Assembly (NCBI GenBank): GCA_036785375.1
Contig: JAWMAR010000421.1
Coordinates: forward strand, 1,612,001 to 1,676,000
Reading direction: 5' to 3'
Origin: Leucoraja ocellata
Lineage: Eukaryota
Length of the DNA stretch: 64,000 nucleotides
Every line of letters begins with the position of its first letter. Within the stretch, counting starts at the first letter, position 1. Under the pieces are notes generated by a model, which saw only the letters and a list, made by a program, of their open reading frames with translations, was not told where the DNA came from and did not search any database. The position numbers and the translations under genes are program-made. Below, piece by piece: positions 36,878-64,000 of this stretch.

Positions 36878-37564
36878 GGAATGATCCAGCTGCAACATGG
36901 AATCTCAAAAATGGAGTGCTGATTACTGCTTTAGCAAAATGCATTTATATTTCCAAATCAATTTAGTACTATTTACATTTTTGTAAAAAAAAAAAGAGTT
37001 TTCACACAATTTAAGGACTCTTATGAGTGCAAAATAATCTATTGCGTCCAGATTTCTAAATTCTTCATGCACTAAAATCAGTCAAACTGGAATCAAATGC
37101 ATATTTTAAAAAATGAATCTCAACTGACAAATGAATATTGATTTTTTTTTCCTTAAATCTAAATCCTGACTGACTTGTTGAATGGAAGATTAATAGCAGC
37201 AAATAAGGGACAATGCTACTTAGAAGTCAACAAAACAGAGTAATCTGATCTGGATTCTGATCAGGTTTAGTAAATAAAACCTAAGATTTAAAAAAGTGTT
37301 GTAAATTTGAAGCACAATTAAGAGCTGTTTGAAATCGACAACAAAATCGCAACAAGCATGAGAGGAGCAAAAGCACTTTAAAGTTTCAGATGTAGACCTG
37401 TTAACAGAACTGGAAAAGAGGGGTGACATAACCCATTTCATGAAACTTTCAAGGAGAGAATGCCAAAGGTACGGGATGAGAGCACACACAGTATAACAAG
37501 TAATATAAGCATTTTTAATCATTCCTGTAGTTCCTTTCTCTAACCAAGCAGCAACCAAACCCCA

Positions 37565-37570
37565 AATAAA
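37565..37570 (+). terminator. Candidate CTSH poly(A) signal
   Basis: First canonical AATAAA I noticed after the stop codon (about 690 nt downstream). Confidence 0.4.
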
Positions 37571-38176
37571 AATTACCCTGCTCGCACACTTTCAACAACC
37601 AATTAAAGAAAATCTTAAAAAGGAAGGAACCTTTATAAAACTAAATAGTTAGATTTTAAATCAAAAAGCAAATTATTTCATGTTAAAAATCTGAAATAAA
37701 AATGGAAAATGCTGGAAATTCACAGGTCAGGGGAAATGTACAGGATTAATGTTTTGGGTTGGTTATGTTGGAACCATCAGAATCTTGTTACCCTTGTTGA
37801 CCATACTTTAAATCCTCCATTATCCAATGGTTGTGAGATTCAAGTTTCATGGTGGACTTCATGTCGTCTCCCCAAACTAATTTGTCATGAAAGAGGGGTA
37901 GGAATTTGAGTGTCCCACAAACAAAAAGCCTGTGAACAGAAACATTAGGCAGTACATGAATGCCACTTTAATCAATTGATAACTAATTTGTTGTGGATTT
38001 CAAGCATTTTCTGTTTTTATTTTCAAATGCAAAATGTGAACCACATTTACACTGCAAATACTCTTGCTGTGTGTGGCAAGAAAAGCATACATTTACATTT
38101 GCTGTAATTTGATCATACAGCCAGTTTACTATTCTGTTTCAATCGCAGCTTCCAATCAGTCATGCAGGATGCCTTG

Positions 38177-38372
38177 GGTAGAAAGGAACTGCAGATGCTG
38201 ATTTACACCGAAGATGACACAAAATGCTGGAGTATCGCAGAGGGACAGGCAGCATCTCTGGAGAGAAGAAATGGGTGACTTCTGAAGAAGGGTCTCAACA
38301 GGAAAAGTCACTTATTCCTTCACTCCAGAAATGCTGCCTGGCCCGCTGAGTTACTCCAGCATTTTGTGTCTA
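38177..38372. mobile_element. Fold-back Penelope-like fragment
   Basis: Inverted arms; flanking direct repeat atgcaggat(g/a)cctt at 38162-38175 and 38372-38385. Confidence 0.82.
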
Positions 38373-39044
38373 TGCAGGATACCTTAATGTTTGCTGTTAG
38401 TTATATTCATTAGTTGAAAGATTACAGGCTAGAATCTTGAATCAAAATTGCTTTTATTGAAATGCTTAAGAACAGTGACCAGAGGAATCAATTCAACCAA
38501 TTGAGGCTTTTGATTTAAGCTTGATCTATATTAGTTCCAACTTGCTTCAATAACACTTAATATCCTTCATTAATACATCAATTTAAGATTTACATTTTCA
38601 ATTGACTTCTATGCTCTGCATCTTTTAAAAAGGGTGAGTTTCTAAGACCTGCTTAATGCTTTCACAGTTATCCTCACTCAAGCAGAGTTTTAATTGTTAA
38701 GTATTTTTATGCGAATCATATTTCTTTCACAGAAATAAAGATTGTATCTTTTTGAGAACTTGCTGGGTTTTTTTTCATGCATGAAATGGCATTGTCATTA
38801 TGTTAAACTTTATATTTCCAGCAATTGTTATTTAATGTTTATATTTTTATTGTTCAGTCAACAAATGGAAAGCATTTTCAATTTCAATTCTGCAAGTTTT
38901 ATGCAGTTTTCCCTAATTTGTACCAACAGTGTATTGTAATTCCTACCTCAAAACATTGTGACTTTCCAGTTTTCTATACAACTATTTGTGTTCTCTGCAA
39001 ATATGTTGATGATGCTGCTGTAAAGAATTATGAAAGTCCTGATA

Positions 39045-40410
39045 TACAACCATCAAGAGTGTTTAATTGTCAAATGTACTTGCATCAGAACAATGAAATT
39101 ATTACTTGCTGCAGCTTAACAGGCCCATAAATGCAATAACACAAAATATATAATAATCAAAATACATTAAAGTAAATGACTGTAATACTAGGCAATCATC
39201 AGTGCAAAAGACCAAAGTCCACAATTCAACCAAAGACAGTCCATAGAAGATCATAGTTGCTGAGGTTAGTGTTTTGTAGTGTTCAAGATCCTGATAGTTG
39301 CTCGGAAGAAGCTGTTTTTGAACCTGGTGTTCATGGACCATTTTCCTGATAATAGGAGTAAAATGAGAGCATGTCGGGGTGGTGTGGGTCTTTGGTGATA
39401 TTGGCTACTTTTTTTGAGGTAACTCCTCTAGATCCGTTCGATGGTGGAGCGGTCCACACCGGTGATGGACTAGGACTGTTCATCATTCTCTGTAGTCTCC
39501 TTTGTTCCTGGGGCTTCCCGGGCGAACCAGACTGTGATGCAACCAGTAGGTTTGCTCTCTACCATACACCAATAGAAGTTTGATAAAGTATTTTTTTGAC
39601 AAATGTAATCTCTTCAATCTTCTAAGTAACTAGAGGCGTGTTGAGCTTTCTCTATCATTGCATCATTGTTCTACACCCACGACACAACTTTGGACATAAG
39701 CATGCCCAAGACTTTAGTTTAAAGATACAGCATTAAAACAGGCCAATCAGCCCACCGAATCCATGCTGACCCTAGTTCCACGTTATTCCATTTTCTAATC
39801 CACTCTTCAAACACTGGGAGCAATTAACAGAGGCCAATTAGCCTACAAACCCACACGTCTTTGGGATGTGGAAGGAAACGAGCACCTAGAGGAAATTCAT
39901 TCGGTCACAAGGAGAATGTGCAAATTCCATACAGATAGCACCAAGGTCAGGATCAAACCTGTGTCTCTGGCACTGTAAGGCAGCAGCTCAACAGCTGTGC
40001 CACTTGAAGCTATTGATTCTGTCCACCACCGACCCATTGATAAAGGCAGATTCGTGGATCCCCAGCTTGTTGCTCCTGAAGGCAACAATCAGCACCTTGG
40101 TCTTGTTAACATTGCAAGCAAGATTCTTGTTATGGAATCTCATCTTATTCAATGAGATTATCAATCTCCCTTCTGTACTCTGTCTCATTGTTACCCATTA
40201 TTTGTGCAACAGTGATATCATGAGTGAATTTAAAGATGGTGTTGGAGCTGCGTCTAGCTACGGAATTATGGGTATAATAAAGAGCAGGGAACTGAGCACA
40301 CAGCCTTGAGCTGATCCTGTGTTGACGGTTATCGAGGAGGAAGTGCTGTTGCCAATTTGTACCAATTGCAGTCTGTTGATGAAGAAATTGAACATCCAAT
40401 TACACAGGAA
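39045..40410 (-). mobile_element. Decayed Rex1/Babar LINE interrupted by a V-SINE (39716-40003, -)
   Basis: Minus-strand pieces ITVNTGSAQGCVLSSLLF, IFKFTHDITV, NLACNVNKTKVLIVAFR; the SINE has a tRNA head and V domain. Confidence 0.82.
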
Positions 40411-41015
40411 TAATTTTAATTTAATTGATTTACAATGAATTTTCTCAATGCAACTAATAACCATCTGCACTTCAACATAGCTAAGAACACACAAATAACT
40501 TTTACAATTAAATTTCTAATTTTGCCTCCAAAGATTAAAAATAAGCTTTTTTGAGGATGAATTTCAGGAAACTGCATTTTGCACAAATTACAATTCTATT
40601 GAAAGCAAAAATACAACACCATTAGTTAATAGCTTTATTCTGATTTTTTTTTCACTATCAACCATGACTTGTATAAAATTACCTAAGTCTCACCCCTGAA
40701 CACTTGGAATAAAAACCCTGACTGACACAGTACAGAGAGAATGCTGAACTGTCAGAGATGCCCTCTTTCAGCCGAGATATTAAGCTGCCCTCGTGGTGAA
40801 CACAGCATTACTTCATAGAAGACGTCCCATGGATGTGGGCCAAACGCCAAACATCCATCAGGGACAGTATCTGGGAAGCGATGTTTGTGGGAGCTTGCTA
40901 TGTACAAATTGGCAAAAAAAGCTTGCTTGTCAGGTTGGGCCAAAGGGTGTGTTTCCATTCTGTTTAGACTATGATTCGAATTCCTTTTTCACTAACTTAA
41001 CAACGTATGAACTGG

Positions 41016-41254
41016 AGGTAGACAAAAATGCTGGAGGAACTCAGCGGGTGAGGCAGCATCTGTGGAGGGGAGGAAACTGATTGTCTACCTCCAGTTCATA
41101 TGTTGTTAAGTTAGTGAACAACAGTCTGAAGAAGGGTTTCGGCCCGAAACGTTGCCTATTTCCTTCGCTCCATAGATGCTGCTGCACCAGCTGAGTTTCT
41201 CCAGCATTTTTGTGTACTTTCGATTTTCCAACATCTGCAGTTCCTTCTGAAACA
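41016..41254. mobile_element. Rearranged Penelope-like fragment upstream of BLM
   Basis: ctgaagaagggtttcggcccgaaacgttgcc...ctgcagttccttctgaaaca on +, plus an inverted partial arm at 41016-41070. Confidence 0.82.
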
Positions 41255-41539
41255 CAAGGAATTAGAATCATAGAGTCTAAACAGAATGGAAACACGCCCT
41301 TTTGCCCAACCGGACATACCGATCAAGATGCCCCATCTACACTAGTCCCATGTCCCTTTAAACTTTCTCCATCCATCTTCTACCTGTGCAAATATCCTTC
41401 AATTGTTGTTATAGTACCTGCCTCATCTAACTCCTCTGGCAGCTTGCTCCATATATCGACCATCTGTGTGGAAAATGTCCCCCTTGAGATTGTTTAACCC
41501 ATTGATTATCCTATAGGATCTTTGGCTTAGCCTTTGATG

Positions 41540-41744
41540 GTCTTTTTCCGCCTGGCGTCATTTCTTTATCCTGCCCGCTGGGGGGCGAGAGAGAGCGAGC
41601 GCTCCGACGCACTTCCTGGACACGGCGGAGGAGCGGGCGCGGGAATTTGATCGCTGGAGAGTGGTCGTGGGCACCGGGCCTAGCGGGCAGCACCGGGCTG
41701 TCGATTTGCAGGCGTAGCAGCTTCAGCTGAGATGCGGTGTGGAG
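41540..41744 (+). promoter_or_regulatory. BLM: BLM CpG-island promoter and non-coding exon 1
   Basis: Short non-repeat CpG-rich stretch 1.7 kb upstream of the coding start. It contains an ETS-like ACTTCC, an E2F-like GCGCGGGAA and a consensus donor GAG|gtaagt at 41744/41745. Confidence 0.8.
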
Positions 41745-41797
41745 GTAAGTTTTTAATTCTTGCAGACAGCAGCCAGCGGGTAAACAAGCAGCAAGCT

Positions 41798-42012
41798 CAC
41801 AAAAAGCTGGAGTAACTCACTCAGTCAGCGGGCCAGGCAGCATCTCTGGAGAGAATGAATGGGTGGCATTTCAGGTCGAGACCCTTCATCAGCCTGAAGA
41901 CGGGTCTCGATCCGATTCCTTCTCTCCAGAGATGCTGCCTGTCCCGCGGAGTTACTCCAGCTTTTTGTGTCTATCTTCGGTGGAATCCAGCATCTGCTGT
42001 TCCTTCGCACAC
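41798..42012. mobile_element. Fold-back Penelope-like fragment, about 55 nt into BLM intron 1
   Basis: Inverted arms around gagacccttcatcag|cctgaagacgggtctc. Confidence 0.82.
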
Positions 42013-42466
42013 AGCAAGAGACCCTGGTCTCTGCAGGGCCTGGGAGGAATAAATAAGGCTAACTACCCTTTGTTTTATTATTTAAAAAAGAGCATTTATT
42101 AGCTGGTCAGTTAGTTATTTTTCTTTTCACAGAGCGTGGTGTGTATTTGAAACAAACTCCCAGAGGAAGTGGTAGTGTCAGGTACAATTAAGGCATTTAA
42201 AAGGTGCTCGGATAGGTACATGCATAGAAAAGGATTGACAGAAGATGGACCAGCTGCAGGCAAGAGAGACTGGCTCAGTTAGGCAACTTATTCAACATGG
42301 ATACTTTGGGCCGAAGGGGCTGTTTCCGTGCTGTATAACTCTCTGACTCTGAGCATGGATTCCTCACTACTGCATGTCTCGTCCTGTATTATGTGATTTA
42401 ATCATTGAAATAAGCCTTGAAATCTAAATCTGCATGTAGCTGTAGAGAAATGACATTCAGACTAAA

Positions 42467-42668
42467 TGTGTAGGAAGGAACTGCAGATGCTGGTTTAAAC
42501 CGAAGATAGACACAAAAATCTGGAGGAACTCAGCAGGTCAAACGGAATTTCTGGAGAAAAGGAATATGTGATGTTTTGGGTCTGAAGACGGTTCTCGACA
42601 CTAAACATCAACTATTCCTTTTCTCCAGAGATGCCCTCTGACCCACTGAGTACCTCCAGCTTTTTGTG
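42467..42668. mobile_element. Fold-back Penelope-like fragment
   Basis: Inverted arms; flanking direct repeat tgacattcaga at 42451-42461 and 42667-42677. Confidence 0.82.
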
Positions 42669-43430
42669 ACATTCAGATTATCTGTTCAAATCTAAAGCTA
42701 TAGAATTCTGACTTGGTGGTGATTAAACTCATCATCTACTGTTTGATTGGAGTTCTGTGAGACTCTCTCTGACTGCATCTTTTCTGTGATTCCTACTGTT
42801 CTCCTGCTCCTTGACCATGTTCTTACCTAGACTTGCTCCTTCCACAGTTCTTTGCTGGCATCTTATTCCACAAGGATTTCCAGGTGTTCTGGTTCATGCC
42901 CAGTCAGTGTCTAAACGTCTTCTACCGAATATCCCTCCCTTTGGATTATATTTTACTCCGTTCCATCCTTATCAGATTTCACCCTTTTGTCTTCCCCACT
43001 TATTACCCTTAGCTTTGGTTACGATCTCCACACTTTTCTCTCCCACCTCACTCATCTGTAAATCCACCTATTACTTGCTAACTCTTTCCCCGCCTGTGCC
43101 TCTCGCCTCATTCTATCAGTTATTACTTGTCTACTCCATCAGGTTGAAGAAGGGGCCTGACTCCAACTGTCATCTGTCCATTTCCCTTGAAGATGCTGCC
43201 TGAGTTCCTCCAGCTGTGTGTTTTGTTTAATTTAGAGAGTACAGTGCTTGGAAAATGGTAGAAAACCAGATGGAAGTTCAGTTGCTTGGTCAAATTGCTG
43301 CATTGTGATACAAATCCTCGGCTAGCAACTTTTGGTAAACACCTGGATGTGATTACCAAAGTGTAAAATAAGCCAAACTCTAAAAATGTGATCACAAATT
43401 ATTCTTATTTGATTTGATTTGTTCTGCAGA

Positions 43431-61084
<17,654 letters not shown>

Positions 61085-61839
61085 TAGATTCATAATATTT
61101 ATTACACACTATTACCTATTCAATTGAAAACATATCTTCTGCTTTTTTTGGTGTCAAATTATTTCCTTGCATTTCTTCAGAATTGAGTAAGGGTTTCTTT
61201 ATCTAAAAGCAAGTGTCAATCCAGTGGCAAGCCCCATGCCCATTAGATCTGTGACTCGAGATGCACAAGTTTCACCTGTTTGCAGAATAATGCTCCAATC
61301 CTTCATAATCCCCTGTCCTCCAACTCCCCATCAGAATTGCCACAGAAGTACTATAACCTGTATACATTCCAAAAATTACAGATGGTTTATAGTCTTTCAG
61401 TTGGACACAATAGAAAGCGCTCTTCAAAAGCACCAGACTTTGACTCCACTGCCTGGGGTTTGGAGTCTGGAATTTAAAATATTTTCCTACTAATTTAGCC
61501 TTTTCTGTGCGAAGGACCATTCTTTCCTTTAAATATATCCAAATTGTTCTTTTTTTTTTAAAAGAAAAATGTAAAGTGAACGTGTGAGATGGATGTAATA
61601 GTTAAAATCGAGGGGTTTGGATAAGACAGATAGGGGGGTGGTAAAATAAGAGGGCACAGGTTTAAATTGAGAGATAGAATGTTTCTTGTAGTTTTGGGGC
61701 CAAATTCTCTTTGTGAAGTGTGGTTAGATTCTGGAATGAACTGGAAATGGTTGAGATCTTCACGTTCCTTGGCAATAATATTTTCAACGATCTGTCATGG
61801 ATCAACCTTATTGATATGGCAGCCTAGAAGGAAAACCAA

Positions 61840-62450
61840 CACCTCTATTTCATGAAGAGATTGAGGAAATTTGGATGTGTCTTCATTGATTCTCACAACT
61901 TTCAACAAATGCACCATAGAAGGCATACTGTTGGATTGCATCACAGCTTGGTTTGGGAACAGCTCTGTCTAAGACCACAATAAATTGTAGAGTTGTAGAC
62001 GTAGCCTAGTCCTTCACACAGACCAGACTTCCCACCTTTGACTTCATCCACACTTTCCACTGCCCTGGAAAAGCAGCCAACATAATCAAAGACTTGTTCC
62101 ACCCCAATCATTCCTCCTTCCCCCTACTCCAGTCCGGCAGAAAATACAGAAGCTTGAAAGAGCGCTCCACAAGGCTCTGGAACAGTGTCTTCCCCTGTGT
62201 TATGCTTCTGAACAGTCCTTCCGTTTGCTAGGGTACTGTCCAATTTATCTCTCCCCTTTGTGGACATTAAACTTTGTCTATGGAAGTGAAGTGCTACAAT
62301 GCTGTAAACTATATTCTGCACAATGTATCTTCCCCTTTGCTCTATTGTACATGTGTTTGACTCAATTGTATTTATTTATGGTATATTTGTTTGGATAGCA
62401 TGCAAAACAAAGCTGTACATCGGTACACATGACAATAACAAATCGGAATC
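61840..62450 (+). mobile_element. Decayed Rex1/Babar LINE 3' fragment
   Basis: tgcaccatagaaggcatactg..ggattgcatcacagcttggtttgggaac (CTIE.IL.GCITAWFGN); homologous to 13421-13965. Confidence 0.8.
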
Positions 62451-62721
62451 TAGACCTGACGAGGTTTTGGAGACAGATAATCTAATGACATTTAAGAAGC
62501 ATCTAGTCAAGTACTTAAATTGTCAGTTTGTGTAGTGCCACGGATCTATTTGTAAATAGGTTCAGTGTAGATGAGTACAGTGGACAGCATGGACATGGGG
62601 AGAAATTGAGCTGTTTCTGTGTGTACGAGTTGACTGTATGCCTTTATTCAGAAAGTAAGAAAAATTTGTATTTCTATTTCTCGTCATCTCAAAACACCTT
62701 GCAACCAATATTGTGCATGTA

Positions 62722-63125
62722 ATGTGTAGGAAGGAACAACAGATGTTGATTTAAAACGAAAATAGACACAAGAAGCTGGAGTAACTCAGTGGGACACGCA
62801 ACATCTCTGGAGAGAGGAATGGGTGACGTTTTGGGTCGGGACCCTTCTTCAGACTGGTTGGGGAAAAGGGAAACGAGAGATATAGGCGATGATGTGGAGA
62901 GATAAAGAACAATGAGTGAAAGATGTGCAAAAAAGTAACGATGATAAAGGAAACAGGCCATTGTTAGTTGTTTGTTAGGTGACAACGAGAAGCTAGTCCG
63001 ATTTGGGTGGGAGAAGGATAGAGAGAGAGAGAGAGAGAGAGAGGGAATGCCAGGGCTATCTGAAGTTAGAGAAATCAAACTGCCCAAGCGAAATATGAGA
63101 TGCTGTTCCTCCAATTTAGCCTGAC
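62722..63125 (-). mobile_element. Penelope-like element 3' end including the endonuclease C-terminus and 3' UTR; internal (GA)n at 63020-63042
   Basis: Minus-strand peptide AKLEEQHLIFRLGSL is typical of the end of the PLE GIY-YIG domain. It is followed by a pyrimidine-rich UTR, the CTGAAGA-GGGTC..GACCC-xAAACGTC motif and the family 3' end. Confidence 0.85.
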
Positions 63126-64000
63126 TGTTGTGAGGTAATAAAATTGTTAACCCAGTCTGCTTGCAGCAAAATCCCGTGATCAGTGACATAATAGTGATTT
63201 CATGATCTGTTTTGTGATCGTTATTGAGCGGTAAATGTTGGTCCAGTTCCATTGTTCCATTTTTTTTATTCATGTAAGAAAGAAGGTAACGTATCTGTTT
63301 AGTGTATCACCTTAAAAGTGATGCTAACGTAACACTTTCAGTATTGTAGATGATCCCCAGATCCTGCTACACAGTACATGTAGTGTTCACCACTCATTGT
63401 GTAATTCTATGCATTGAGCAGTCATTTGGATATGTTGCATTGTTCAATAGCAGCATATTCACTGTATTGAAGATCATTTTCCTTTCAATAGGGATTGGAG
63501 TTTTGACAGAGGTTTATTTTAATTCTTCCCTTTTGCCTCGAGTGTCATCTTTCAGGCATTCAAAGTAGAAATCTGTGGGGTCGGGTGCTATACCAGCCTT
63601 CAATACATGACTCCTGCTCATATTCCAGGGCAACACTGAGCAAGTGTTGCATGCTGGTGATGCCACCTTAAGATGTTACACTAATAATCCTTCTTTCTCC
63701 CTAAGGTGGACTTAAAAAGGCCTGTTGCTCCATTTTGAAGAGGGCAAGGTAGTTCTTTCAGTGTCCTGGCCAATAGTAATCCCTCAATTAACATCTCTAA
63801 CACAATACTTGGGCATCCGTCTGTTTGTGAGAGTTTGCTGTGTGCATATTAGCATTTACATCACAACCAATTACAGTTAAAGATATTGTCTGTAAAAGGA
63901 GGACTCCATCATGTCTGTGCCATGCCTGGAAGGAATGTGAAAACCATGAAATAAATCAAATTTTAAAGTTACCCATTTACACCCTTGGGCACTACTGACA

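Overview
Vertebrate nuclear DNA, most likely from a cartilaginous fish such as a skate or ray (inferred from the repeat families, not from a database match). Three intron-containing genes lie in tandem on the + strand: the last 6 coding exons and 3' UTR of RASGRF1 (975-6653), a complete 12-exon cathepsin H gene (CTSH, 15336-36877, 331 aa), and the CpG-island promoter, non-coding exon 1 and coding exons 2-12 of Bloom helicase BLM (43431-61032, running off the window). All exons were traced by hand through GT-AG junctions with consistent phases. Introns and intergenic DNA are dense in CR1, L2 and Rex1/Babar LINE fragments, V-SINEs, Deu-domain SINEs, hairpin MITEs, a solo Tc1 IR/DR and about 14 Penelope-like element (PLE) 3' fragments. 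The most notable observations are: fold-back PLE insertions whose inversion point always falls at a hammerhead-ribozyme-like core; a splice-created uORF whose stop overlaps the BLM start (AUGA); an in-frame 21-nt duplicated splice donor in CTSH exon 1; nested inverted duplications upstream of the BLM promoter; and asymmetric CpG decay in a MITE upstream of CTSH. I see no evidence of a novel protein-coding system, and most entries in the ORF track are spurious or repeat-derived. Repeat boundaries are approximate.
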